Below, one piece after another: positions 25,830 to 38,891 of a DNA stretch of 64,000 bases. Numbering within the stretch: the stretch's first letter is position 1; each line of letters begins with the position of its first letter. The stretch is taken from NCBI GenBank assembly GCA_028534125.1, contig CM052816.1:57104001-57168000 (forward strand), in the 5' to 3' direction. Source of the DNA: Lama glama. Taxonomy: Eukaryota. The translations under genes were made by a program, and so were the position numbers. Below the pieces are notes generated by a model. It was given only the letters and a program-made list of their open reading frames with translations, had not been told where the DNA came from and ran no database searches.

Positions 25830-27930
25830 GTCCTCATTCTTGTGTCTCAACTATTTTAGCTCCTGCCTCACTATCGATCTCTCTTATCTTCATTCTTGGT
25901 GATTCCAATATACACTTAGATGACACTTCAATAGTTTGAACACTCTGTTCCTTGAGCTCTTCTACTCTGGTGGTCTTGTCCTTCACCTGCTCACCCCTGT
26001 GGCTGGAACCCATCACAATCTGAATTTCATGCATCCCCTCTAACCACCACCTCTAACCACCTTCTCATATCTTTCCAGCTCCTTATTTCTAGCACTCTGA
26101 ATTTGAAAACCCTTGGACCTACCAGGGCCTCCATCCACTGGTCCTGCCACCTTTTTCACTTCCTCTCCTGCCCTGATACTCTCCTCCCTTCCCACCTTAT
26201 CCAGCTGAAATTCCTCAGTACTTTTGCCCTTTTCCCCGTAGGCCTACTCATTTGGCAAAACCATGATCGTAGTTAAATCCAACTTCCCACCTACTCTGAG
26301 CCTGCAGAAGAAAAACACGTGCCCAATATGAAGGATTCATTTTAAAGCCAGGATCACAAACCTCAAGTGAGCCCTTTAATGCTCCCTGGTAGACGTACTG
26401 TATTTCCTAGTCCATTTATTTCCTGCTCTCATTCTTGACTATATCATACCTTTTCCTTTGTTCTCATATTTCCAATACCTCACCCCACGTCCTCACCCAC
26501 AGATAACCTTGCTTTCCACCTCAGTGAGAAAATTAAAACAATCAGAACTTCCCTCCAATTTGGAAATAGACATCATTTCCTCTGATTCAAGGGCTGGTAA
26601 AGGACATCTTTCCAGCAATTGCACTCTCTCTCTCTTTCTCTCTCTCTCCCTCTATTGGATCATTTTATTAGCATATAAACATGATTATTTTTTCCATCTT
26701 AAAAGAAACTTTCTCCTGACCCCCACCAGCTCCACTCAGTTTCTCTGCTCATCATTGTGGCGAAATTCCTTGAAAGGGTTGTCTACACTTACTTCTGTTC
26801 CTTTCCTCCTATTCTCTTTGAAATGGAGATTTCCATCAGGTTTTCCCCTGCCCCACTCCACTGAAAACACCCTTTTCCAGTCTCAGCAGCATTTAAAGAT
26901 GGTCGGTCACTCCCTTCTCCCTGTTAGCCTTTCTTCACTTGGCTTCTAGGGTACTTCACTCTCTCAAGTTTCCTCCTGTCACTGTTCACTCCTCAGTCTC
27001 CCCAGCTGGTTCTCCCTCTTGTCCCTGACTGCTTGACTTTGGAGTCCTCTTCTCCACCAATACTTGTCCCTTCATTGTTCTCACTTAGTCACACAGCTTT
27101 ACATGCTGTAAATAAGCAACAATTGCCAATGTTCTCTTTCCAGACCACACCTCTCCCCTGTGCCCCAGACTCATATATCCAACTGCCTAATAGCCACCTC
27201 CACTTGGATATCCAGTAGGCACCTCAAGCTTAACATTGCCAATACTGAAATTCTTACCTCCCAGCAACCTATTCCACCCCAGTCTTTCCATCTCAGTTGT
27301 TAGTGATGTCATCATTCTGGTAGCTTAACCCTACATTCTTACAGTCTAAACCCTGTTTCTCCTAATATTTCATATCCAACAGGAAATTCTGTTGCTTATA
27401 CCTCAAAATATATCTAAAATCTGACCACTTATCACTTATCCCACTGCTACTGCCCTGCTCTGAGCTTCTATCTCTCACCTGGACTCCAGTAATAGCCTCC
27501 TGACCGGTCTCCTGCATCATCCTCCCCCTTCTGTTGTCCAGAAATCCCTTAAAAAGTAAACAAGTTCATGTGTTTCCTCTGTTCAAACCTCCACAGGCCC
27601 TCTACAGGGAGAATGCTTACCCTACCCACACACCCTCCCCCATCCCTTATTTCCATCTCACCTCTGACCTCATCTTCAACCCCTCTCCTACTCCATCCCT
27701 CCACTCCAGCCACACCAGCCAACTCTCTGTTCCTTGAATAGCCAGGCTCCCACTTTAGAGCTTGTGCTGTCACTGTTTCCTCCACCTGAGATGTTCTCCA
27801 GGTATCTGCATAGGTAATGCCCTAATGCCCTCATTCCAAGTTTTTGCCCAAAGGGCATCTCAAACAGGTCTTCTCTAAAAATTGCAAGCAACCACACACC
27901 ACCACCACTACACTCCCCATCATCATACCC
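25830..27930 (+). mobile_element. Long L2 LINE remnant; continues at 28625-28820 after an L1 insertion
   Basis: catatatccaactgcct...ctccacttggatatcc...caatactgaaattctt...aaaatatatctaaaatctgaccactt; tail gtaaactccatgaaggcaggga...gcactcagtaaatgtttg at 28715-28810. Confidence 0.8.
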
Positions 27931-27934
27931 TGAT

Positions 27935-28615
27935 TTATTTTTATGAGCTTTCTTGAGATAGAATTCACATACCATGAAATATACTCATTTAAAGTGTACA
28001 ATTCAATGGTGTTTATTATCTTCACAGAATCGCTGCAATTAATTTTAGGACATTTTCATTGCCTCCCAAAACACCCTGTACTGATTACAGTCGTTCCCCA
28101 TTTCCTTCAAATTTCCCTCCCTTCAGCCCCTGGCAACCACTAATCCACTTTTTGTGTCTGTGGATTTGCCTGTTCCTGACATCTTATATAAAGGGAGTCA
28201 TACAATATGCAATCCTTTGTGATTGGCTTCTTTCACTTAGCATTAAGTTTTTAAGTTTCACCCACCTTGTAACATGTATCAGTACTTCATTTATTTTTAT
28301 GGCCAAATAAAATATATCATATTTCATTTATCCATTCATCTGTTGATGGGCAGTTGGATTTTTCCACTTTGAGGCTATTTGAATAATGCTGCTATAAGCA
28401 TTTGTGTACACATTTTTGTGTGGACATAAGTGTTCATTTTTCTTGGATACATATTTAGGAATAGAATTGCTGGACCATATGGTAACTCCATGTTTAAAGT
28501 TTTGAGTAATTGCCAGACTGTTTTCCAAAGTGGCTAGACCATTTTATATTTCTACCTACAGTGTATGAAGGTTCTAATTCTTCCATGTCTCCTCCAACAA
28601 ATTTTATTGTCTCTT
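27935..28615 (-). mobile_element. L1MB-like 3' fragment inserted into the L2
   Basis: ttgagatagaattcacatacca...ttaaagtgtacaattcaatgg...cagcccctggcaaccactaatc...gaattgctggaccatatggtaactc; imperfect TSD (cctgatttattttta / cttgctttattttta). Confidence 0.85.
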
Positions 28616-30379
28616 TTAAATTCTTGCTTTATTTTTACAATAGCACTTATCATCTTCCAATATGCTGTATCATTTATTTCTTAGATGTTTTATTGTCTGT
28701 CTCTCCACTATAATGTAAACTCCATGAAGGCAGGGATTTTTGGCTTCTTTCATCTATTTTGTTTGCTGTTGAGACTGCCTAGAACATAGGAAGCACTCAG
28801 TAAATGTTTGTGGATTGGAATGGAGTGGGTTTAGTATAACAGATACCAAAACCAGACAATAGCAAGAGAAAAGGAAGTCTGAGTGTATCTCAGTATCAAT
28901 ACAGTCAAAAATTGAAATAAAATGTTATACCAGTGAAATAGATTAAGATTACAAAAACCATGTGTCCCTCAGACAATATAAACTAAAAAAGATAAAGCTA
29001 GCTACATATTAGCCAGCTACTGGGAGAAGAGACACAGGGCCAAGGAGTCCATGGCAATGTAAAACAAAAAGTCACAGCTGAATTTTGCTTCCTACAGGGC
29101 CAATAGCTCATTAACCATGAAAGAAGCAGAAAAACAAATCAAGGAACCCGTTTTTCCTTCAGGAAGCAGCAGACCAAATGGATGCCAACTTGGCACCAAG
29201 TTTTGTTATAACTCGGGCAGGCTCAACCAGGCTTCTGCACAGGCACACTGGGTCTTAGCAAAGCTAGAGTAGAAAGGAAAAACTAAACAGGAAGTGGGTG
29301 GGGGGACTAATAGCCTAGCGGCTTGATGCAGTGCAGAATTCTTGTGAGCTTAGGCTGGTATGCCATGGGGTCCAATCCAGTGTGTGGTATGAATATTGAG
29401 TCAAGCAGTCAGCTCTCCCAATTACCAGTCCATTCCCAGCAGGGCCCCAGCCACTGGCCAAGATACAAAGGACAGGATTCTGTTTCACCTACCCCAGGGG
29501 TTCCTGACAGAGATCAGACAGGGTGTCAAACCAGCCAAATAGGCGGAGGGCAGGTTGAAGCCCAGGGATGGGGTAGGGGTTAGGGTAAGGGGTAGGAGAA
29601 GAGGGAGAAGGATCTGGATGGCCAAGAAGTCTGGCTGTGGGAAGTGAATATCGTATGGTTTATGTGATATATTGGAGGGAGCGGGGTAGGAGAAGATGAC
29701 AAGGGACACAGTTTTAGATGTTTGGCACTTGTTCTTCAATACCTTGTTGTGTTTTGTTTTTTTCAAGGGGAGATGTTTATCTGCTCCCTGTAGGACCTTT
29801 CCAGCCCACATCTAAATGCTGCATTCCCCACTCCACTGTAGCAGGGCCCAGCAGAGTAGCCAATAAGCCTTTATAATTTATAAATTGGCCCCCATTTCCT
29901 GAATGAAGAGACTTTCCACAGTATAGAATCTGCACCCACACAGTCTTCCCAACACTTGCTTTCTTCCTTTGGGCAGCCCCAGATCGCCCCCAGGGCAGGG
30001 CGTGAGATTCATGGGACATCTGAACTCTGCCCACAACACTTTTTAACCCTACAGCTACCCCTCTGACTGCGCTGACCTTTGATTGAGGAGTGGGGTGCGG
30101 GGAGGCAAGAAAACCACCCTCTTTTTACTCCTTGTTATCCCACCCTGTCACCTCCGTTTTCTACAAGACACATGTACGTTTGGGGGGAAAAAAGTCTTTC
30201 ATCTTGGATGTGTTTTCTTTAGTAACAAGTGTGTGTGGGAGGGGACGGGGGAAGGGAGAGAGAGCGGGGAAGAGGGTACCGAAGTCCCCAGCAGCAGGAG
30301 CACCTACAAAAACAATCCTCACTTGATGAGGCACCAAGGGAAAATCTTACTAAGGAAAGTGACTTGCAACTCCAGGAAG

Positions 30380-32260
30380 GCTGGGCGTCTCACGGTGGGC
30401 AGTCCAGGACGGCGATGGGGAGCGGGAGGGATGAAGGGAAAAGAGACGGAGAGGGGGAAGGGTAGGAGGAGGGGGAGGGGGCGGTCCCGAGCAATTCAAT
30501 GGCGCTTTGATTTAACAACTCCAAGCCCTTTGAAAACATTTTGCCAAGAAAAGCTTGCCATCAACACGTATAATCTCTTATCAGAGGCCCCTGAAAGCCC
30601 GGGCCCCGGGGTTAATTCCCCCATCGCAATGAGTTTGAATCAGCTCTAAACCCGCAGTGACATGAAAGCGCCCGAGCCTCGGGCCGCACAGAACCCACTG
30701 CGATCCGCCGACCGGGGAGGATTACGGGGCCTGTTCCGCGGCGAGCTCGCCGGCGGGACGGGCAGGCTCAAAAGAAAAAGAATAATTAGGGATAATTGCT
30801 TGTGTCCAAACACAAGCATTAAGGCCCCCTGTTCCCCTTTGGGACTTTGTGAGCCAGAATGAAAGAGACACCCCCTGTTTTGACAGCTGGACCAGCGGCC
30901 TGGATCCGTGACCGAGGGAGGAAGCGCTCCCGGCTGCTGGGAACGCGGCCGAGCCGGGCCGCGGGTGGGCGGAGGCCCCGGGGCCCGGAGCCGACCGAGT
31001 CCACGCGCGGAGCCCGCTTTCGCGCTCAGTCTTCCCGGAGCTCGGAAAAAGCGGGTTGTCTCCCCGCCCGGCGCCTGCGGCCTCGAGGCTGGGAAGCGGA
31101 GGCCAGCGCCCAGCTCACGGCGGCGAGTTGGCGGAAGACGGCCAGGGACTTGGCGCCCGAGCCGCCCAGGGCGTCGGGTGCAGCAGAGCTCTGGTGGTTC
31201 CTCTAGGCAGATTTGCACCCGGAGCCCCAAGGGGTCTCTTCAGACGCACTAAAGTTCACAAGATGGGAATGAATATCCAATCCCACCTCGCTGGGCCTGG
31301 GGCGGCCTGCGCCACAGTTGGAGACAGCCGAATCCCAGGGTGGTCCCAGCCACATCCGGCTGAGCCCTTGAAGCTGAAGCCCGCGTAGGAGGCCTCCCTT
31401 CGTAGCTTGGAAGTGACAAGAGAATTAAACGCAACTAGGGAAATGAGCTTAATGTACTCGTTGCATCAGGGCTCACCAGCGTGGCCCACAATCCCGAAAC
31501 TAGCTTGATGTTGGGGTTTGGGGCCAGGGCTTTCCGGAGGACTGAACAGGCCTCAGCCAGCAATCTCGGGGCGGGGTGTTGGGAACAGGGGCGAAGTTTC
31601 TGGGAGCTTGGCTAGTTTGTCCTTCGTAGTCCAGGAAGCTTCCTTGCCCAGTAAGACCAAGCCAGGTCTAGAGGGATCTTTGAAGGAGCAGGGTGGCGGT
31701 GGGGGACAAAAAGTGGCTCGTGCCAACTGGATACCAGCTCCTAAAGCGAGGGGAGGGGAAGAGAGGGAGGAAGGTGGAGAAGGGAGAGAACCTGATGGAA
31801 ATACGGTCTTCGAGACCACCCGCAACACCTGGACCACCCAGGCCGAGGCCTGGAACTGCGAAGCCTTGGGGCCTGCATGGCCAACTGGCTAGAAAGTCCG
31901 GAGCGGCAAGTGGATCTTACAGAAGGCGGGTCCCCCAAAGTTTTAAGAACTGGGGTCTCCATGGCGGCAGGCAGGCCGGCGGCCAGCGGAGTCCACACAT
32001 GCGCCACCCCCAGATGCTCCGCTTCCAAATACAGATCATATGCGGGACTGAAGGAAGAGTGGGGAAGCGGCGCGGCAGACACGAGGGCATGAGTGATTAA
32101 TTAAGGGGAAACCACATCCGACAAGGAAAGAGTTTTCAGAAAGAAGCCGAGTCCGAGAGGAGCTCTGACCCTGCAGCTGTGGCCCAGACGGATCCGCCCG
32201 CTTCTGAGCCCTCCCCACGCAGCAGAGGACACGCGCTGGGGCCTGCTGGGAGTCGGCTTG
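30380..32260. promoter_or_regulatory. CpG island (core ~30650-31400) with an embedded TF-motif block
   Basis: Dense CpG and high GC against a CpG-depleted background; no recognisable repeats; TCF, GATA, TAATTA and TGACAG motifs at 30500-30890. Confidence 0.85.
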
Positions 32261-33429
32261 CAAAAACTGTGTGCTTTAAATAAAGCTCAAGGTGAAAAGT
32301 TTCTGGGTTGGCCTGGGACTAGAGGAGGTGACTGGAGTGATCTCTGGGCGTCTCCTGGCTGCTGCAGTCACCTGGGTCCTCCACAGTGGCCTTAGAGCAC
32401 TAGCGGGTTATATATAGGCCCCACAGGGGTCGCCTACATTCACCCCGCCAAGCAAAGCCAGCTTGGGTTCACCAGACGTGACTATGCTGGAGAGAGATTT
32501 AAGATGGAAAGGTTCAGATCCAGACAAACGCGTACTTGCTCACATTTTTCTGTCCTTCCTCTCACCCGGTGGCAAGGGTGAGGGGGCATCCAATGACAGC
32601 ACCATTGCCAAGAAATAGAGAAAATGCTGTTTGCTGAATATTTTCATTTTCCTTCTAATTGCCAGTGTTTATTAAAATACCTTCAGCTTGTTGATAATTA
32701 AATATAAAATAAAGCTTATAACTTTAGTAGATTTTGAAATTTTTGTAATTATAGGCTTCGGATAATTTTCTTGGCCAGAGAATAGTGGGACTATTCTGAA
32801 TGAGGGAAGGTATTGTGTTTCTATGCCATAAAATGATGAGCTTTCCCACCTCCCTCTGGGGAGTGTAAAAGTCAGGACGTCTTTTAAAAGCCTTGATTTG
32901 CAAAGTTTCCTTCCTAGAAATGGGTGATGCTGTCTAAATTTTCGAACTACATCACACTTTTCAGGTTAGGCCTCAGGTTTAGAGGCAATTACGGCTTTAT
33001 TTATTTGTTTTGGGGGAAGGGGAGGGTGCTATTCTGATGACAGCAAGGGAGAACTTCCTGCTCCTTTCTCCTGATTCCGAAATCTTCCCTCTTCTCTCTC
33101 CAGCTGCTTGACCAGGCTGCCCTAAAGAGAAGGCTTTGGTTTGGGGTTTTGTTTTGTTTTGTTTTTGAGATTTAATATTGCATGTATTTCATCACGCCAC
33201 ACTGGTTTTGACAACATATAAAAGCCATGAAATTTAATATTCAATTTCAGAACCTTGGCCAAGAGATGAAATTATTATACAAGAAGAAAAAAATTGATTC
33301 TTGGGGAAAAGAGAACTATCGAATTTATACTTCCTCGGAATTATAACACTTTTGCTTGCGCTGCCTGTTGCCTTGGTGGGCTCAAAATAGGCGAGACAAA
33401 CCGAAAAAGGAGGTGTGACAATGACATAA

Positions 33430-34400
33430 TACGTCTGAATCCATGCCCCGAAAACGTCAGTTTGGCGTTCCGGAGTTACTCCATAGTTAACGCCAGCGGG
33501 CCGCACCCCAAACAGCTTGGTTACCAGAGAGCGCGATGCAGGAGGGAGGGAGGGAGGGTGCCGTCCGGCGGCGGCCGAGAGGCAGGCGGGCCGCCGCGGG
33601 GAGTTGCGGGTCTGAGCTTAGACCGGACGGGGCGGGGGTGGGAGGTAGGGGGACCGTTAAATAAAGAACACGATTCGGAATCCAGAATTGCTAGCGCCCC
33701 TCGCAGGGATTTGGAAGGATAGTGCAAGTGAAGGACCCAGAAGTTTAAGCTTCGTGAGTTTGGCGATAAATTCGCTTTGGGGTTTTAAAAATATATGTTT
33801 GCCCCACGAGTCCAAACTGCTCAGGCCTGCTTGGAAGCCCGCTGGTTCAACGAGGCTTGGAGTCCGCCTGACGCGGCCCTTGGGCGGTGAGGAACCGCGG
33901 CATAATTTACGAATGTCCCTCTGGAGCTTGGGAATTTTTTAAGGAGCTCCCCCTCGAAGAGGGGAGACCCAGGCGTGAGCGCCTCCAGCCAGAATCCCCG
34001 GGCCTTCGACGGGCCCCGCTCCGATTTTAGCCCCGCGGCCAGGGAGCGCTGGGAGACCAGGGCTGGGTCTTCCAGCGCGGGTCGGGACCCAAGGTCAAGA
34101 TCGCGGGTCCAGCGAGCCCGCAAGCTGGGCCTGCGCCCGCCTCCGCCGTGCAGGCGCCGGGCATAGCGGGCTCACAGCCCCTGCCCAGGACGCGCGTCTC
34201 CGGATTCGCTCGGCCAGGTGGGCCCCGGGGTCGGGGGAGAGGGCAGCAAGCAAGACCTTTCTTCCGATAACAAAGCCTCCTTTCTGCCGTACCAGGCCAC
34301 GCAAACCCTCCTGGGAACCCAAGGTCCAGGGAGATTGCTGGCAGTCGCTGGCCCTGGCCAAATGGCGGGAGTTCAGTTTTAAAACAGATTTCAGGCGTTG
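33430..34400. promoter_or_regulatory. CpG island
   Basis: Dense CpG, GC boxes (ggggcgggg at ~33629), T-box-like AGGTGTGA at 33411. Confidence 0.85.
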
Positions 34401-34805
34401 CGGTTTTGCTGATGGACTCAGCTTCTCCTTTTAAGAGGCAAACCCAAGTTCGGATGGAAAAAGCTAAAAGGTGTTACCCACTTTTGAGTCTTCCTCTTTC
34501 TCCAAAGAGCTGCATATCCCCCATCCTTCACAGCTGCCTGCACTATTACAGCAATGAAACATTTATTTTGTGGGCTATGTTAGAATTAATGACACGAAGA
34601 TCTATAATTTTTAAGGAGGAAATAGATATTTTTACCATTGTTCCTATACACATATGTGTGCATATCTATACAATCATATTTAAATACGTGTATATTTGCT
34701 AGAGTATACTGTGGACTTAAATTTGCATTCTAAGACTGCAAAAATACAGTCATGTATTACATCACACATGCTGTGCTTCTCAAAGGCCAGTTACAATGCT
34801 ATTTG

Positions 34806-34982
34806 CTTTCTTTTTTTGATTGAAGTATAGTCAATTTACACTGTGTCGATTCTGGTGTACAGCATAATGTTTCAGTCATACGTATACATACATATATTCA
34901 TTTCCATATTCTTTTTCATTATAGGTTACTACAAGATATTGAATAGAGTTCCCTGTGTTATACAACAAGTATAAACTTGTTT
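34806..34982 (-). mobile_element. Short 5'-truncated L1 3' end (younger lineage)
   Basis: Poly(T) followed by ttgaagtatagtcaatttaca...ggtgtacagcataatgtttcag...caagatattgaatagagttccctgtg; imperfect TSD (aatgctatttgcttt / aatgcaattttcttt). Confidence 0.85.
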
Positions 34983-35742
34983 ATAAAATGCAATTTTCTT
35001 TTAGTTTTTATTTAGAACCTCTAAAATAGGATCAAACTCTGTTTTTAGAATGTAGCTACTCCACACATGAAAAGATAACGTGTATAAATTGTACTTACAA
35101 TGGAATGTTTAAAATTCATTTCTTTCTCTAATATAACCTGACTTCAGGGCATGGGGGCTTCTACTCTTGGAGGGACCCTTAGGCACAGTCAGTTCTTGGC
35201 TCCCAGAGCAGTGCCTGATGCTATAAAACACTAAATCTGGACAGATTTACACAGAACAGAAGCTTTAATTTCACTATTCAAATTCCAGCCAAACAGCTTT
35301 GGGAATTTTTCTATGTTCCAGACCTCCTGAATGTTTTTCCAGGTTGTATGGTTAAGCCCTAGCCTATGGCAGCTCAACCAAAATCATGACATTATTAGAC
35401 ACAGAAATGAGATGTGTTATGATGTTTTTTTAAAATTGTGTCTACACTGTGGAACAGACATTTTATTTTAAAGATGCAACTACTATAACACTGATGAAAC
35501 ATTTTATGTCAATATGATAAAAATTTGGAGCTGGGCTTTACATGTGAGGGATATTTTATTTGTAGTCCTTTACTTGAAACTGTCTTCACACAGTTCTATT
35601 TTTTCTAAATAACAATTTTATGGAGACAGAAATAAAGAAGGTATTCAAGGTCATTCTTCCAGACATCATCTGAATGAAACTGATTTCTTCCTATTGAGAC
35701 AGGCATGGATTATCTTCTGATTTTAAGATAAATGAATACTAA

Positions 35743-36945
35743 CCCTCATGCACTGTTGATAGTAATGTAAATTGGTGCAGCCACTATGGAAAATAGTACA
35801 GAGGTGCCTCAAAAAACTAAAAATAGAACTACTATACAATCCAGCAATTCCACTAGGAAAAAATGAAAACACTAATTAGAAAAGATATATGTACCCCTAT
35901 GTTCATTGCAGCATTATTTACAAAAGCCAAGATATGGAAGCAACCTAAATGTCCATCAGTAGATAAATGGATAAAGAAGACATGAGATATATCTATATAT
36001 CTATCCCTCCCCGCGTATATATATATACAAATATATACATACACATACATATGCACAATGGAATATTACTCAGCCATAAAAAAGAATGGACTCACACCAT
36101 TGTGACAACATGGACAGAGCTAGAGAGTATTACTAAGTGAAACAATTCAGACAGAGAAAGACAAATACTGTATGATTTCACTTATATGTGGAATCTAAAA
36201 AACAAAACATATGAACACACATAACAAAACAGAAACAGAATCATAAATTCAAAGAACAAATAGGTGGTTTCCAGATAGGAAGGATGTAGGGGGAGGAGAG
36301 AAATAGGTGGGGGAGATTAAGAAGCACAAAATTCCAGTTGCAAAATAAATGAATCACGGTTATGAAACGTACAGTGTGAGGAATATAGTCAATAATTAGA
36401 TAATATCTTTGTATGGTAACAGATGGTAACTAGACTTTGTGGTAATCATTTTGAAATATATAGAAATCTTGAATCACTATGTTGTGTACCAGAAACTAAC
36501 ATAGTTTTGTAGGTCAATTATACTTCAAAGACAAACAAACAAACTCATAGAAAAAGAGATCAGATTTGTGATTACCAAGTAGGAGTTGGGGAGAGAGGGA
36601 ATTGGATGAAGGCAGTCAAAAGGTACAAACTTCCAGTTATAAGATAAATAAGCACTAGGGATACAATACAATATGATAAATATAATTAACACTGCTGTCT
36701 GTTATATATGAAAGTTGTTAAAAGAGTAAATCCTGAGTTCTCATCACAAGGAAAAAATACTTTTTTTCTGTTTCTTTAATTTTGTATCTCTATGTAATAA
36801 TGGAAGTTCATGGAACTTATTGTGGTAATCATTTCATGACATATGTAAGTCAAATTATGTTGTATATCTTAAACTTATATAGTGCTTTATGTCAATTATA
36901 TTATAATAAAACTGGAAGAAAAAAATTAAAATGTAAAATAAAATA
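35743..36945 (+). mobile_element. L1 (L1MA-like) ORF2 C-terminal region plus 3'UTR
   Basis: aatgtaaattggtgcagccactatggaaaa...atgttcattgcagcattatt...gaatattactcagccataaaaaagaatg...; ends aataaaactggaagaaaaaaa. Confidence 0.9.
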
Positions 36946-37984
36946 CATGACTGCTATTTACATTGGTAGAAAGACGACTCAGAAAGCTGTTTTCCTCTAC
37001 TGCTAATGAAAAGTATTTTGCATTTCCCCCAAATGAAGCCTGGAATATTTTAACTGGACTGCCAGGTGAATCACCTGGCATTGATGTGCTGTTCTGGGGG
37101 ATTGGAAGTTCTTCTGGTAGGCCCTGGTACGTAGTGTTATACTCTCAAGATGCTTTTAACCTACCACGAATACACTTCAGGACATACATTATGAGAAAAG
37201 ATGCAAGTCAAATACATATGTACATTCTGCAAAAGCAAAGAAATTTGCATTATCAGAATTAGGACAGAGAATAAACTAAAAAGAATCCTCCCTGATACTA
37301 AATCCATTTATAGCTGGTAAAATAATTATGAACATTTCCCCCCCTACATATATTTAGTCACATATATATGAAGCTTGGTGCAACCATGCTATGTAGCAGC
37401 ATTTCTGCAGAGCCCCCTCCAAGCACCTAAGAAGTCTCAAATAGTTAAGGTACCCCCTATATCTTCCTTCCTCTACAGGTCCTGCTTGTGGAGAATAGTG
37501 GAAAGTACAATGTACTGAGTTAAACAAATATTTAACTTGCTCCATATCCAAGGCAAATCAGATTTCAGGCCAACATATGGGCTCCAGCTCAGGGCTGGAG
37601 ACCTGGCCTCAGGTTGGGCCTCAGCGTGAATGATGTGTGGCCATTGTTGGAGGCCCTGGCTGAGACAAACAGACTCTGGGTCACTCACCTTTCCCAGGAC
37701 TGTGGAGAGACTGAGGTCTGTTTAATTCCAGAACCCATCACAGCTTAAAGCTCTCTGAGGTACGCCCAGCATGGTTGATCTTGATTCGGAATTTAACTTA
37801 CTTGTCCAGCTGAGTTCCTTTAGGGCAGGCACTCTGACTTATTGATTTGGGGTTCCCCACGTTTGGCACCATGGTAAGCATTTGATAACAGGTGTGATAG
37901 GTGACTAAAATCATTTAAGTTCCTAATAAGGAAGATCTCCTTAGTTAGGGTCTTTGGGTCTTTCGGTGGCTGCAAAGCATCTAG

Positions 37985-38891
37985 ATGTGTGCTGGGCTAC
38001 AGTGGCCATGAGGCACATGTGGCCACTGCTGCTTGGAACGTAGCTTGTCCAAACTGATAGATGCTATAAGCATAAAATACATACTGGATTCTCACAGGTT
38101 AGTATTAAAGAAGAATTTAAAATAATCATTTTATACTGGTTATATGTCAAATAATACTTTAGATCTATCTGGGTAAAATATATTTGTGGTAGCTACCTCG
38201 AAGATGACCCCCTGTGACCCCAGCCTCCTGGTATTCATGCCTATGTGTAATTCCCTCCCCTAGAACATATGCTGGACTTAATGGTTCAATTCTAACAGAA
38301 TTTGTCGGGAGTGATGGGATGTAACTTCCAATATGAGATCACAAAAAGACTGCAGCACCTTTCTTAGAAGCTCCTTCTCTCCCTCACTAGCTTGCTTCCT
38401 GCCCCCCCCCCACTCCACCCCTTTCTATGTCAGAGCCCACTCACCAGGGAAGAACAGACTCTCATGGGGAGGACGCCAGATGGAGAAGAGAGACCCCGGG
38501 GGATGAGAGGTCACATGGAAGAGAACTGTGGCTTCTCAGTCAACAGCCAGCAGCAACTGCCCGCCACGGGAGCCATGATTTTTGGAAGTGGACCATCCTG
38601 CCCGAGTCAGTTCAGAAGATGTAGCTAGTCCGACAGCTTGACTGCAAACTCAAGAGAAACCCTGAGCTAGAACTATCCAGCTAAGCAGCTTGGGTTGACC
38701 CATAGCAACTGTAAAGTAATTCAGGTGAGTTTAAGCTAAGTTTTGGGGTAATGTGTCAGTTACACAGCAATAAATAACTAATACACTGCTATTTAAATTA
38801 ATTTCACTGGTTTCTTTTTACTTTTAAAAAATGTGATTACTAGACAATTTTAAATTGTGTGGTGCACATTATATTTCTTTGGGCAGCACTG
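37985..38891. mobile_element. MER33-like hAT-Charlie element split by an MLT1 LTR (pieces ~37985-38184 and 38786-38891)
   Basis: gcacatgtggcc...gatgctataagcataaaatacatactggatt...gggtaaaatatatt | aaattaatttcactggtttctttttac...cattatatttctttgggcagcactg. Confidence 0.75.
38185..38785 (+). mobile_element. MaLR solo LTR (MLT1E/F-like)
   Basis: Termini tgtggtagctacctcgaagatgacccc and cagcaataaataactaataca. Confidence 0.85.

Noticed and set aside
26458..26949. 163-aa ORF
   Set aside because: Lies within a degraded L2 element
30083..32263. Many overlapping 60-194 aa ORFs in CpG island 1
   Set aside because: Open on both strands and in several frames, Arg/Gly/Pro/Ala-rich, no recognisable domain; expected from stop-codon scarcity in GC-rich DNA
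33688..33710. CTCF-like motif (also at ~45710, ~47105 and ~47505)
   Set aside because: Each has mismatches at core positions; cannot be called without PWM scoring or ChIP data
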